DNA of 49,489 nt from a bacterium (GTDB lineage Bacteria > Chlamydiota > Chlamydiia > Chlamydiales > SM23-39): positions 1-49,489 of the forward strand of contig JAKBAE010000003.1 of assembly GCA_021809325.1 (NCBI GenBank), in the 5' to 3' direction. A program made the translations under genes and the position numbers. Positions 1-10,286 of the stretch are shown here, in pieces. Positions within the stretch are counted from its first letter, which is position 1, and each line of letters opens with the position of its first letter. The notes beneath the pieces were generated by a model. The model was not told where the DNA came from and ran no database searches. It saw only the letters and a program-made list of their open reading frames with translations.

Positions 1-1131
1 GTAGGAAGAAAAATTAAAGACGAGTTTGAACCGGTAGTCGGGAAGGAGGAGGTCTTCTTTAGTCCGGTAATAGATCTGTTCATCCGATTCGATAAGAGGG
101 GTATGCGCATACGCTGCAGGCGCAAGGAGAAAAAGAAAGTTGGAAGAGTAGATCTCTTTAAAGGTTTTCAGGTGGGGCAAAATTTCTTCGAAGGCTTTTT
201 TTTTATCCGGCAGGATGACGCAGATGCTGTCGTAGCGAAATGGTTTGTAGAGAATTTGCGGCGTCTGCTGTTTCCAGCGGTTATGCTGCCAGAGCCATTC
301 GCCGGGAGCTTCTTTGATGCTGTTTTGCAGCAAGGTCAAAGAGAGATCCATCATCCGAACAACCTCGGCCTCTGCGCCCTCTTTCTGGTTTGGCCAGATC
401 GGGTCGGAGTAGCGGATCCGGTATCCGCATTTTGTCCGGCGCGTTGTGGCGACGATGATCGGCGAGTTCGTTTTGTAAGCGAGAAGGGCTGGCGCCGTTG
501 ATGTCCAGGCGCGTCTGCCGAGAAAGGGAAACGAGTAGCCGCTGTCAGGCATTCCCTGGTCGCCGACGATCCCGATGAAGATCCCTTGCCGAAGTGCGCG
601 CAGCCCCTCTTTTACAGCGTTTCTCGGAGCGATGATGCGCCCTCCGTTTTTCTCCCGGATAGAAAGGATCCATCGGTAGAGCCGTTTGTTTTTGATCGAT
701 TTTCCGATAGCAATCCCTTTCATGCGCCGGGTGCCGTCAAGAAAGAGCGCCTCCCAGTTCGATTGATGTCCGCAGAAGAAGATGATCCCTTGCCCCTTTT
801 GATAGAGCTCATCCGCCAGTTCCGGGTTTTCGCAGGTGATGACGCAAGAAAAGTTGTCTTCAGCGTCAAATCGAGGATATTCAAGAACATTGATCGCCAA
901 ATTTTCAAACGACTGCTTTGCCGTTTCGATCAACTCCTTTTGAGATGTAAATGAGAGATCGTCTGCAAGGGCGAGGTTGCTGAGGGTCCTTTTGCGATAG
1001 TCGGTCATGAACAAAAAGGCGAGGCGGCCAAGGAGGCGGCCAAGAAAGCGGATCCAGGAGTAAGGCATAAAACGGATCGGCCAGGTAAGGGCGCGGATTA
1101 AAAAGTAGAGAAGAGCCTCTTTATTCAACAT
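1..1131 (-). CDS. htrB: Lipid A biosynthesis acyltransferase HtrB/LpxL (chlamydial CT010-like), 3' end truncated by window edge
   Basis: Not in ORF track. Hand translation from ATG at 1131: MLNKEALLYFLIRALTWP...IIFFCGHQSNWE...GIVGDQG...EWLWQHNRWKQ, which are LpxL motifs (HxxNWE, DQ, WLWxHxRWK). Syntenic with ybbR-dacA. Confidence 0.9.
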   Translation of the reverse strand, partial: MLNKEALLYFLIRALTWPIRFMPYSWIRFLGRLLGRLAFLFMTDYRKRTLSNLALADDLSFTSQKELIETAKQSFENLAINVLEYPRFDAEDNFSCVITCENPELADELYQKGQGIIFFCGHQSNWEALFLDGTRRMKGIAIGKSIKNKRLYRWILSIREKNGGRIIAPRNAVKEGLRALRQGIFIGIVGDQGMPDSGYSFPFLGRRAWTSTAPALLAYKTNSPIIVATTRRTKCGYRIRYSDPIWPNQKEGAEAEVVRMMDLSLTLLQNSIKEAPGEWLWQHNRWKQQTPQILYKPFRYDSICVILPDKKKAFEEILPHLKTFKEIYSSNFLFLLAPAAYAHTPLIESDEQIYYRTKEDLLLPDYRFKLVFNFSSY

Positions 1132-2264
1132 AGCGAAGCGTCAATCAAAAAGGGCATTTGATGGGAAAAGTCGAGGTGCCGCACCGACTCTCGGATCTGC
1201 CTTGCGCTCTCGGTCGTTTTCGGGCGCATCCATGCAGTTTCAAGCGTTGCTGCAAGAGCGTCGGCGTCAGTCAACTCTTCAATGACGGCCCCATTGTTTT
1301 GGGTTAAAATTTCGTGGCCTCCGTTTGTTTTCGAGGAGATGGTGAAAAGCCCCATCGCCAAAGCTTCAATCGTCACATTAGCGAACGGGTCGTAAAAAGA
1401 AGGGATGACTAAGGCATCGGCCATCTGATAAAACGGCCGGGTCTCTTTTTGGGGCCCGAAAAAAACGACTTGATCTTTCAAGTGGAGCCGATCTGCCAAA
1501 GCGCGGTACTCCTCCCAGTGGGTGTCTTTACCAACGACGCTCAAGGTAAAGTCTTTGCTTTTTAGCCTCGCGAGCGCTTTCAAGAGCTGGCCGAGTCCTT
1601 TCCGTAGATAGCCATTGCCTATGAAAAGAAAATGGAAACGGAATGGGTCGAGGCCGAGGCGTTTGGCAATGAGGGGTTTTTCCATTTCCCAAGCATCGAA
1701 ACCGCTTTGCATCTCATGCCATTCCACTCCGTTATGGACAACTTCAATTTTTGAAGAAGGGGTGGAGTAACGCTCTAGGATTTGCCGCTTGACCATGTGG
1801 GAGTTGGTGAAAAGTTTTTGGAGCCGCGGATTTTCGAAAGCATCCTTTTCAAGTTCCAAAATTTTCCGATGGAGCGGGTTAGCCTGGCAGATGAGCCATT
1901 TCAAACGTCCCTCGGTGAGGATGCGGCTTTGCAAAAATGCTGCATGGACGCCGTTTCCGGCCCTGAGGTGGGTCTGCATCCGGTTTCGATCCATCCCAAA
2001 GATAAGATCAGCCCGATTGCCGTTGAGCCACTGGTTGACGAACCGGTCGTATTGTTCCATGCGGATAAAGGCCGGCCAGCTCCATGTTTTAGCTGCAAAG
2101 ACGCGGATCGAATCGATAACCGGGGCTGCTCCTTGGGTTATGAGGGTCACATTGCACCCCTTTTTTAGGAAACAGTCTGCGATGCGAGAGGCGTATTTCT
2201 CCAGTCCGCCTCTGTTCGAGACGCACGATTTGAGCAGTACGACCTGTTTATGCGGCGCCATCAA
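1125..2264 (-). CDS. Glycosyltransferase family 4 (WaaG/RfaG-like LPS core glycosyltransferase)
   Basis: GGLEKY N-terminal motif, VVHNGV, RKGL, PSFYDPFANVTIEALAMG GT-B signature. Confidence 0.85.
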   Translation of the reverse strand: MMAPHKQVVLLKSCVSNRGGLEKYASRIADCFLKKGCNVTLITQGAAPVIDSIRVFAAKTWSWPAFIRMEQYDRFVNQWLNGNRADLIFGMDRNRMQTHLRAGNGVHAAFLQSRILTEGRLKWLICQANPLHRKILELEKDAFENPRLQKLFTNSHMVKRQILERYSTPSSKIEVVHNGVEWHEMQSGFDAWEMEKPLIAKRLGLDPFRFHFLFIGNGYLRKGLGQLLKALARLKSKDFTLSVVGKDTHWEEYRALADRLHLKDQVVFFGPQKETRPFYQMADALVIPSFYDPFANVTIEALAMGLFTISSKTNGGHEILTQNNGAVIEELTDADALAATLETAWMRPKTTESARQIRESVRHLDFSHQMPFLIDASLC

Positions 2265-3505
2265 AGATCTTGCGGCTGAACGGTGATCGTGTTTGCTTGC
2301 AGCTCGATCTTCAGATTGAGCTTCTGGTTTTTCGCAGTATAAAGACGAAAACGGTTCATGTAGTTGCGGAAGCGGTTTCGCAGATGCTCTTCGCGGGCGT
2401 ATGGCTGCACTTCGCCTCCGTCTTCATGGCACTCCGACATGACTTTAGCGACATAGCGGTCTTCGAGTTCATGGGGGTAGGCGAATTGGCAATTCCAAAG
2501 AAGCGTTTCTCTCTCATTTTTTGGGGCTGCGATCAAAAAAATGTGCAGCATATCTTTGACAATATCGACGAAGAGCTTGCTTACGCCTTGGGCATAAAGA
2601 GGTTGGGTGATCACTTTGATGCCGTTTTTCTTGACGACGAACTGATTGGTTGCAAGAGTATAGGTGTCCGGATTGAGCGTCTGGCTGCTTTTGGGCGGGA
2701 AGTAGATCGAAATGGGGATCGGCACGCCGATAGGGATCAGGTCTTGATGGGAAAAGTCGATTCGAAGATCCTTTGCTTGCGGATCGTCGATCTCGACAGG
2801 AGTGTCGGAGAGGATCGGCAGGCTGATCTTTTTCCAAGAGTTGGGTACAAAAAAACTCACTTCGTCGGAGTTCTCTTTTCGATTGTTAGTCAAAAGAGCG
2901 TCCAGCTCGCTGCGGGTTAGATCGGAAAGGTTGAATGTCAGCTTTTGGCCTCTTGCCTTGAGCCTTTTGACCGTCTCTTCCGGGCCGGTGACGGTAACAT
3001 GAAGGCGATAAGGATAGATTCCAATGTATTGGTACCCTTTCGGCGCCTCGCCGATGGGCTGTGAAACGAGGATCGGGATTTTATCCGTGATCAGCTTGCT
3101 CTGCTTGATGATGAGGTCGTATGGGACGACGCGGCTGATGGCTTTGTTGATGTCGATATCGGAGTTGAGGCTGACGAGGTTTTTTTTGTTGATCGTCGCG
3201 ATCCATTGATCGGGCTTTCCTCTCGCATCAATGACGACCTCGAGATCTTTTCCCGTCAACTCGTCCATGACGCTTTTGTTCGCAGTGATTGTCAAAGTGA
3301 TCCGTTTGTTCAAGATCCCATTGACCTGCATGTTTTCGATCGTCTTTTCAATCGGCAAGTTCTCCACACGGACGGGAATATTGTGGATATGCTTGGTCAC
3401 CGTCATCTGATGGTTGATGATGAGCCAGATGATCACGGCCAAGATGAGAGAGAGCAGCTTGCGGTGCCAGTGTTCTAAAAATAAACGGCGAAGGAGGGTT
3501 TTCAT
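2261..3505 (-). CDS. ybbR: YbbR/CdaR-like regulator of diadenylate cyclase (CT011-like)
   Basis: N-terminal TM (HWHRKLLSLILAVIIWL) and YbbR-like repeats (VTVTGPEETV). 4-nt overlap with dacA. Confidence 0.8.
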   Translation of the reverse strand: MKTLLRRLFLEHWHRKLLSLILAVIIWLIINHQMTVTKHIHNIPVRVENLPIEKTIENMQVNGILNKRITLTITANKSVMDELTGKDLEVVIDARGKPDQWIATINKKNLVSLNSDIDINKAISRVVPYDLIIKQSKLITDKIPILVSQPIGEAPKGYQYIGIYPYRLHVTVTGPEETVKRLKARGQKLTFNLSDLTRSELDALLTNNRKENSDEVSFFVPNSWKKISLPILSDTPVEIDDPQAKDLRIDFSHQDLIPIGVPIPISIYFPPKSSQTLNPDTYTLATNQFVVKKNGIKVITQPLYAQGVSKLFVDIVKDMLHIFLIAAPKNERETLLWNCQFAYPHELEDRYVAKVMSECHEDGGEVQPYAREEHLRNRFRNYMNRFRLYTAKNQKLNLKIELQANTITVQPQDL

Positions 3506-4299
3506 GTTTTAAGCCACTCGAAAAAGTTGAATTTCGACTGCAGCTTCATCCGGGGCGGGGGATTGAAGATGCTGCGGATGATTCCTTTAAAGCGGTCGAT
3601 CTTGACGCCCCGCGTCATAATTCCCTCCCTTGCGATCGACACTTTGCCGGTCTCTTCGGACACAATGATGACAAGGGCATCCGTCATATGGCTCAAGCCA
3701 AGGCCTGCCCGATGGCGGGTTCCCATTGATTTTGCCAGCTGGGAGCTGTCTTCTGCAAGAGGCAAGATGACTGCTGCTGCAAGGAGCGTCCGATCCCTCA
3801 AAATGACCGCGCCGTCGTGGAGCGGGGTATTCGTTGCGAAGATCGTCTCGAGAAGCTCCGGCGAAAAGTCCGCATTGAGAAGGACTGCTTTGAGCGCATA
3901 CTCTTCTAAAGAATCTTCGTTCTCCAAGGCGATGAGGGAGCCGATCCTTTTTTCAGACATCCGGTAGACTGAATTGGCCAAATGGTCGAGAAACTTATCA
4001 AATTCTGTGATCTCGCGAAAACGGCGGCTTTTGAGGCTAAGCTTCGAAAGAGCTACGCGCAGCTCGGGCTGAAAGATGATCAAGAGTCCGATTACGGCAA
4101 CATTTCCGACGAGGATCATGATTTTGTGCAAGACAGGCAAGTTGAACCAGCTCGATGCAGCCATAATGAGAAGGAATGCGAACAGCCCAAGAACTAGGTC
4201 CATCGACTTGGTGTTCCAAAAAAACGAGAGCAAATAGTTGAGGATGATCGCGATGATCGAAATCTCGATGAAGGGAGTGATTGCGTGGAAGAGTTCCAT
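3502..4299 (-). CDS. dacA: Diadenylate cyclase CdaA/DacA
   Basis: Three TM helices, IIFQPELR, TPLHDGAVI and GTRHRA DAC motifs, VSEETG. Confidence 0.95.
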   Translation of the reverse strand: MELFHAITPFIEISIIAIILNYLLSFFWNTKSMDLVLGLFAFLLIMAASSWFNLPVLHKIMILVGNVAVIGLLIIFQPELRVALSKLSLKSRRFREITEFDKFLDHLANSVYRMSEKRIGSLIALENEDSLEEYALKAVLLNADFSPELLETIFATNTPLHDGAVILRDRTLLAAAVILPLAEDSSQLAKSMGTRHRAGLGLSHMTDALVIIVSEETGKVSIAREGIMTRGVKIDRFKGIIRSIFNPPPRMKLQSKFNFFEWLKT

Positions 4300-4414
4300 C
4301 TTTGATAAGTGTATTATTTTTGTAAGAGCTATATCCTTAAAGAATTACGCTAAATAGCATAAGCCTTTAATCCCCGGATGCCATTTTAGCTGCTTTGCTT
4401 CTTGTTCGCAATGG

Positions 4415-5197
4415 TCATTCCATCCGCGACAGTCCTTTTGCGCGGCTTTTTTCAAACATCAGGCGAAATAGTACAATCGAGAGTGCAAGATAAGCTAGGT
4501 TCAGGGCGATGCTGATCCAAAATGTCCGAATTGGAAAGACTCCTCGGATCAGAATTTCGCGCATTCCTTCGAAGATATAGGTGGTAGGAAGGGATAAGGA
4601 GATGATCTGCGCCCATTTTGGCAGCACGGAGACCGGATAGAAAACTGCACTAAAAGGTGCAAAGAGGGGCGCCACCATCCAGGCAAACATCTCCACTCTA
4701 TGTCCCCAGAGGATGATACAGCTAGAAGCGAGAAAGCTGAGCGTCCAGCCGAAAATGATCAGGGAAACGGCGTAAGGAAGAAAGGCCCATCCAACGACAA
4801 AGACGTTGAGCGAGTAGAGGATATAGACGATAAACGCTCCAAACGCGATGGTGATGACGAGCTTGCAAAGGCAAAGAAGGAGCATCCCTGCGATCCACTC
4901 GGAAAATTTAAGCGGAGTGGAAAAGAGGTTGACGAGGTTTCTATGCCAAAACTCCTGCAGAAGAGAGACCGAGATATCTACCGAGCCGCGCCAAGTGATT
5001 TGCCAAAAGATTAGGCCGGTCAAGAGGATGAGAGGCAGATCGGGAAGATCGCTTTGTGAGCGGATCCAAAAAGATGTAAGGCCCCAAAGGAGGATATCGA
5101 TGAGGGGCCAATAAAAAAGGTCGCTGAGCTGATGGACGCCCTTCAAAAGAACATAAAGATAGCGGAGGAATACGCCGTAGATGCGTCCAAAGTTCAC
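4415..5197 (-). CDS. ABC-2 type exporter permease
   Basis: Multi-TM protein with FSAVFYPVSVLPKW...PTTYIFEGMR ABC-2 signature. Start re-called at GTG 5197 (GTGA overlap with the ATPase stop). Confidence 0.85.
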   Translation of the reverse strand: MNFGRIYGVFLRYLYVLLKGVHQLSDLFYWPLIDILLWGLTSFWIRSQSDLPDLPLILLTGLIFWQITWRGSVDISVSLLQEFWHRNLVNLFSTPLKFSEWIAGMLLLCLCKLVITIAFGAFIVYILYSLNVFVVGWAFLPYAVSLIIFGWTLSFLASSCIILWGHRVEMFAWMVAPLFAPFSAVFYPVSVLPKWAQIISLSLPTTYIFEGMREILIRGVFPIRTFWISIALNLAYLALSIVLFRLMFEKSRAKGLSRME

Positions 5198-6102
5198 GAT
5201 CGGTTCTCCAAAAAAAAAGTTTCGAGGGAAGGCTCTTTGATCTGGATGCTTGAGTAGATCACGCCCTCTTTCGCAAGCCGGGTCAAAAGGAGGGGGATTG
5301 TCTCTTCGTCGAGAGACAGGTGGATGACCCGATGTTCCAGGGTGTGGGGGACGCTCCACTCTTTTGCAATGGCCTGCGTTCTTTTCATGCCGTCTGCAAT
5401 GGTGAGCCTTAGCTCGAAACGGGATACGCTCCTCGCTAGGTTTTTGGGAGTGTCGTCTGCAATGATGCGCCCCTTTTTAAGGAAGATCACCCGGTCGCAA
5501 AGTTCTGAGACCTCATCCATTTTGTGCGAAGTAAAGAGGATGGAAAGGCCTGTTTTGTCTCTTTGTTCCATTAGAAAATTGCAGACGTCGGCAGATACGT
5601 CTGGATCGAGCGAGGCGGTTGGTTCGTCGAGAAGAACGATTTTTGGATCTGTAAAAAACGCTTTGACGAGCATGAGCCGTGTGATCTGTCCTGCGGAAAG
5701 AGACGAGACGGGCTTTTTTTTCTTCTCGAGGATGCCGAAGCGCTCCAACAAGGGGGCTGCTTTTTCTTGGATCTTTTTTACGCCGTAGAGCCTTCCGAAA
5801 AATTCGAGGTTCTCTTCAATGGTTAGAATATAAGGCAAGCTTGTATAGGTGCTGGCAAATGAGATCTCGCGCAAGATTTCAGAGCGGTGCTTGGCAAAAG
5901 ATTTGCCGAAATAGCGGATCGAGCCGCTCGTTGGCGTTAAGGTATTGAGAAGCATCTGGATCGTCGTCGTTTTTCCCGAGCCGTTAGGTCCGAGGAGGCC
6001 GAGGATTTCTCCTCTTTTCAATTGAAACGAAATCGTATCGACAGCCAAAAACGAGCCATAGGCTTTCACTAGACTTTCAATTTGAAGCACATTTTCTTGC
6101 AT
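5194..6102 (-). CDS. ABC transporter ATP-binding protein
   Basis: Walker A GPNGSGKTT, LSAGQ signature, LLDEPT, H-loop. Confidence 0.92.
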   Translation of the reverse strand: MQENVLQIESLVKAYGSFLAVDTISFQLKRGEILGLLGPNGSGKTTTIQMLLNTLTPTSGSIRYFGKSFAKHRSEILREISFASTYTSLPYILTIEENLEFFGRLYGVKKIQEKAAPLLERFGILEKKKKPVSSLSAGQITRLMLVKAFFTDPKIVLLDEPTASLDPDVSADVCNFLMEQRDKTGLSILFTSHKMDEVSELCDRVIFLKKGRIIADDTPKNLARSVSRFELRLTIADGMKRTQAIAKEWSVPHTLEHRVIHLSLDEETIPLLLTRLAKEGVIYSSIQIKEPSLETFFLENRS

Positions 6103-6191
6103 AGATAAAAATTCTACAGCTTGCGCTTTTTTTTACAGACGAAAATCAGCAAAAATTGACATCCTAAGATTTTTTTGAAAGCAGGTTGTAC

Positions 6192-7565
6192 ATGGATGCA
6201 CTTATACTCTCGAGAATACAGTTTGCAATCAATAGCTGTTTCCACTTTCTCTATCCTCCGATCAGCATCGGCCTTGGCCTGATGCTTGTGATTATGGAAG
6301 GGCTTTATCTGAAGACCAAGGACCACCGGTATAAAGAGATCACGAATTTTTGGATCAAGATCTTTGCACTGACCTTCGCCCTTGGTGTTGCGACAGGGCT
6401 TGTGCAAACATTTGCCTTTGGAACGAACTGGGCCCGGTTTTCACGATTTGTCGGGGATGTGTTTGGCAGCGCCCTTGCAACGGAAGGAATTTTTGCTTTC
6501 TTCTTAGAGGCAGGGTTTCTTGGCATCCTTCTTTTCGGTTGGGATCGAGTAGGGCCGAAGCTCCACTATTTTGCGACGATATGCGTTGCCGCAGGCGCTC
6601 ACTTCAGCGCGATTTGGATTTTAGTTGCCAACTCCTGGATGCAGACGCCTGCTTCTTTCCACATTGAAGAGACGCCGATCGGGCCGAGGGCTGTCATCGA
6701 TAGTTTTTGGGGAATGGTCTTTAATCCTTCGACCATAGACCGCCTCTGCCATGTGACGCTTGCCTGCTGGCTTACAGGCTCATTTTTTGTGATTTCCGTC
6801 GCAGCCTATTATCTCTTAAAAAGGCGGCACCAGGATCTCGCTTTGCCAATGATGAAAATTGGGCTGGCCGTTGCTTTTCCCGTTCTGATTTTGCAGTTTG
6901 CATCCGGAGACAGCAATGCCAAGATGATTGGCAAGTATCAGCCGGCCAAACTCGCTGCTTTTGAAGGGATCTATAAAACGGAAGAGTCAACTCCGATCTC
7001 CGTCATAGGCTGGGTCGATGCGGAAAAAAAAGAGGTCCATTCGTTAAAGATCCCCGGGGGGCTTAGCTTTTTAATGTATGGAAATCCGGACAAGCCGGTG
7101 GCGGGGTTGGACCAGGTCCCGCGCGATGAATGGCCGAATGTCCCTGTCGTATTTCAGACCTATCACTGGATGGTGGTGATGTGGGGGCTCATGTTTCTCG
7201 TTGCCATTTTCGGCGTCTGGTATTGGAGAAAGGGGACGCTTGAAAAGAAGCCTTGGCTTCTCTGGTCAATGATCTTTTCGGTTCTCTTCCCTCAGATTGG
7301 CAATCAGCTCGGATGGATCTCTGCGGAAATGGGGCGGCAGCCCTGGGTAGTTTGGAAGGTGCTGCGCACAAGCGAAGGGGTCTCTACGGTAATTACCGCA
7401 GGGCAGGTCAGCGGCTCGATCACAATGTTTCTTGCCATATATATTCTGCTCCTCGCTCTCTTTCTTTTCCTTCTCAACCACAAGATCCAGCATGGGCCCG
7501 AGGAGATTGCTGCTAAACCGGATGAACTGATCTATCGCAATGTCTATCCAAATCAGGGGGGATGA
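6192..7565 (+). CDS. cydA: Cytochrome bd ubiquinol oxidase subunit I
   Basis: LSRIQFA...[32 protein letters not shown] at 6192 preferred over TTG at 6186. Confidence 0.96.
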   Translation: MDALILSRIQFAINSCFHFLYPPISIGLGLMLVIMEGLYLKTKDHRYKEITNFWIKIFALTFALGVATGLVQTFAFGTNWARFSRFVGDVFGSALATEGIFAFFLEAGFLGILLFGWDRVGPKLHYFATICVAAGAHFSAIWILVANSWMQTPASFHIEETPIGPRAVIDSFWGMVFNPSTIDRLCHVTLACWLTGSFFVISVAAYYLLKRRHQDLALPMMKIGLAVAFPVLILQFASGDSNAKMIGKYQPAKLAAFEGIYKTEESTPISVIGWVDAEKKEVHSLKIPGGLSFLMYGNPDKPVAGLDQVPRDEWPNVPVVFQTYHWMVVMWGLMFLVAIFGVWYWRKGTLEKKPWLLWSMIFSVLFPQIGNQLGWISAEMGRQPWVVWKVLRTSEGVSTVITAGQVSGSITMFLAIYILLLALFLFLLNHKIQHGPEEIAAKPDELIYRNVYPNQGG

Positions 7566-7568
7566 ACA

Positions 7569-8585
7569 ATGGATTTACAGACCGCATGGTATCTTGTTAT
7601 GGGCGTCTCCGTCCTGATGTACACCGTCCTAGACGGCTTCGATTTGGGAGTAGGGGCTTTGCATCTTTGCGCCAAAACGGATGAACAGCGCAGGATCTTT
7701 CTCAACGCCATCGGGCCTGTTTGGGACGGGAACGAAGTTTGGATTGTCATCGTCATGGGAGGACTTTTTGCCGGCTTTCCCAATGCGTATGCGACGGTTT
7801 TTTCGGGGTTTTATACCTTGCTCATGTTTCTCATTGCAGGGCTGATGTTCCGCGCAGCAGCCATTGAATTTCGGAGCAAGACCGCTTCATCTTCTTGGAG
7901 GCAGATCTGGGATGCGATTTTTTGCGTTTCGAGCGTTCTCGTCTCTTTCGTCATTGGCGTGATTCTCGGCAATTTGATCCTTGGAGTACCGATCGATGCA
8001 AACCAAGATTTCGTAGGGACCTTCGCCGATTTCTTCCGTCCTTATGCAGTCCTTGTCGGCTTGTTCGCTATGGCCCTTTTTGCAATGCACGGGGCGATCT
8101 ATCTCTATATGAAAACAGATGGGCAGGCGCATGCTACTGTGAGACGATGGATTAATCCTGCGATCGCTGTTTTTGTCTTTTTCTTTGTAGTTACCTCGAT
8201 TGTGACCCTCATCTATTTGCCCGATATGTTCCAGCCGCATATCAATCAGCCATTCCTTTGGCTTTTGCCCTTATTTGCACTGGCTGCAATCGCCAATATC
8301 CCGATCCAAGTGCGAAAAGACCGCGGGGGATGGGCCTTTGCCTCTTCTTGTGTGAGTATTTTTCTTCTTCTTTGCCTCTTTCATATCGGCACGTTTCCCT
8401 ACATCGTTCATTCGACGGTGGACCCTGCCTATAGCTTGACGATTTATAATAGCGCTTCATCCCCTAAAACTCTTGGCATCCTGCTGATCGTTGTGGCGCT
8501 AGGGGTGCCGCTCGTACTGGCTTACGGCTTTTGGATCTACAGGATTTTTAGAGGGAAAGTGCGGCTTGATTCCTCCTCCTATTAA
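7569..8585 (+). CDS. cydB: Cytochrome bd ubiquinol oxidase subunit II
   Basis: LDGFDLGVG, GPVWDGNEVW motifs. Follows cydA. Confidence 0.96.
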   Translation: MDLQTAWYLVMGVSVLMYTVLDGFDLGVGALHLCAKTDEQRRIFLNAIGPVWDGNEVWIVIVMGGLFAGFPNAYATVFSGFYTLLMFLIAGLMFRAAAIEFRSKTASSSWRQIWDAIFCVSSVLVSFVIGVILGNLILGVPIDANQDFVGTFADFFRPYAVLVGLFAMALFAMHGAIYLYMKTDGQAHATVRRWINPAIAVFVFFFVVTSIVTLIYLPDMFQPHINQPFLWLLPLFALAAIANIPIQVRKDRGGWAFASSCVSIFLLLCLFHIGTFPYIVHSTVDPAYSLTIYNSASSPKTLGILLIVVALGVPLVLAYGFWIYRIFRGKVRLDSSSY

Positions 8586-8586
8586 G

Positions 8587-9525
8587 TTATTCTTCAAATT
8601 CAAATATCTCTCTCTTGCATATCTCGTTGAGAATGAGTTTTAATTCATCATCCAATGGGATATGCGCTTCCTTGTGGATTTTTATCGCTGTTTGGAGCAG
8701 TTTATTCTGCCGCATGATCTGTACATCTTCACTGTGAAAGAAACCGTTTGCCTCGTCGACAAGATATTGTTTGGCCAGCTGATAGAAGCCTCGGGTTTCA
8801 AGACTGAGTTCTCTTTTGTGGTCAAATGCATACCGGGCTAGGGGGTGGGTGATCTGAAATTCGATTAAACCATATTGGGGAAGATAAACATGGACAAGCT
8901 GTACGATGTCCCCCCATTTGCCATGTTCATTGATGCATTGCCCCCATCGGCTTTTGCCTTGTACATGAACCAGCCCCCCTTCATTTTCCGCGATCTTCCG
9001 GATGTGCTCGATGGCGGCTGGAATTCCATCAAGGTTCCAGAAGGGGATGCTATAGGATAAAAAGTCATTGATGACAGTGAAGAATCCGGTATTCTTCTCG
9101 AGCCGTTCCTTATGCTTGTTGAGCACATGCTGTAAATCCAGAGGCGCTTTATGCGAAGAATAGAAATAATAGTTCAGAAAATGCTCTCGTTTCAGATGGT
9201 GAACTGCATCTTCGATCGGCATGTGGGAAAGTCTGAAATCCATCTTAATTTGCTGAAAAATATGATCCATATTTGGGGGTGGGGGTGGCTGACCCTCTTC
9301 TATTAATTGAAAAAGCCCGGCGACTTCGCCTATTTTAAAATGGACAGAGTTGAGATATTCTTGTGTAACCAGCGGCACTAACTCTGACCACTTATGTGAG
9401 TCCCAGTTTTCTTCTCCTAGGCCTAGATCTTTAACTGTTGCATAGAGCTTATTTTGGAAAGTCTCAATAGCTGAACTCACAGCGAAAACAGGGCTGGATT
9501 GACCTACTCGTAGATGTGCTGCCAT
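8587..9525 (-). CDS. Hypothetical protein, possible divergent RelA/SpoT-type nucleotidyltransferase fold
   Basis: 312-aa AT-richer ORF with GGAGG-like RBS (aggaggc). Motif spacing HK...IND...VH...EFQI resembles synthetase motifs. Confidence 0.6.
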   Translation of the reverse strand: MAAHLRVGQSSPVFAVSSAIETFQNKLYATVKDLGLGEENWDSHKWSELVPLVTQEYLNSVHFKIGEVAGLFQLIEEGQPPPPPNMDHIFQQIKMDFRLSHMPIEDAVHHLKREHFLNYYFYSSHKAPLDLQHVLNKHKERLEKNTGFFTVINDFLSYSIPFWNLDGIPAAIEHIRKIAENEGGLVHVQGKSRWGQCINEHGKWGDIVQLVHVYLPQYGLIEFQITHPLARYAFDHKRELSLETRGFYQLAKQYLVDEANGFFHSEDVQIMRQNKLLQTAIKIHKEAHIPLDDELKLILNEICKREIFEFEE

Positions 9526-9570
9526 TATTTGCCTCCTAGAAGATTGCTTGAGGAGGAAAAAATTTAATTG

Positions 9571-10170
9571 TCAGGTGGATTCATTGCAATGAGGAAATCC
9601 TACGACCGCCCGGTAGCAGAGGAGAAGATGCTCCACCCCGTTCATAGCGCGATGCGGCTTTTCTTCGAGAGGGAGCTTGTAGTACGAGGCGATTGTGTCT
9701 TTTGAGAGGCCTATCTCCCAGGGCATCGGCACGCCTCCCCCCTTTGCCTTTTCCATAGAAAGAGCCCAGAACATGGAGGCCAGATCGAGCCAATGGTAGG
9801 GCCAGCTCAAAAGCTCTTGCGTATCCGCATCAATAAGCTGCGAAAAAAAGACCCTGTCGAAAGAGGGGTTTTGACAGATGAAGAGCGCCTTTTTACGCCG
9901 GATGTTCCACTGGGCGAACAAGTCGATGATCTGCTGGGACGCGTGGCGGGCTGAGCTGCCGCCTTTCACCTCTTCCCAAGTAAAGCCATTGATCTTGAGG
10001 CTCTCATGGTCGCTTTTTTCCCATGCTTCAACGGGTTGCGCTATGAGGGACTGAAAATGTTCCTTAACATCGCCCGTTTTCAGATCGACGATTTTGAAGG
10101 CGATCTCCAGGATTTTATGGATTTGCGGATTAAGACCGTTGGTTTCGGTATCGAGAAAAATGCCGAGCAC
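9571..10170 (-). CDS. DEDDh 3'-5' exonuclease (DnaQ/oligoribonuclease-like)
   Basis: FLDTETNG (Exo I), QNPSFD (Exo II), HRAMNG (Exo III-like). Start re-called at GTG 10170 after aggtgg. Confidence 0.8.
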   Translation of the reverse strand: MLGIFLDTETNGLNPQIHKILEIAFKIVDLKTGDVKEHFQSLIAQPVEAWEKSDHESLKINGFTWEEVKGGSSARHASQQIIDLFAQWNIRRKKALFICQNPSFDRVFFSQLIDADTQELLSWPYHWLDLASMFWALSMEKAKGGGVPMPWEIGLSKDTIASYYKLPLEEKPHRAMNGVEHLLLCYRAVVGFPHCNEST

Positions 10171-10286
10171 AGCACCACCTGTATGTAATTTACAAAGGAT
10201 AGCAATCGCCTTTGATCGATTCAAGAGAAGTTTATGCTTTTCTCCTTGTGCGTCCTGTGTTAGAATCTTCGCGCTAGGAGAAAACT

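Noticed and set aside
103-954. Plus-strand ORFs 103..501 and 586..954
   Set aside because: They are antisense shadows of htrB, which the track missed because it runs off the window.
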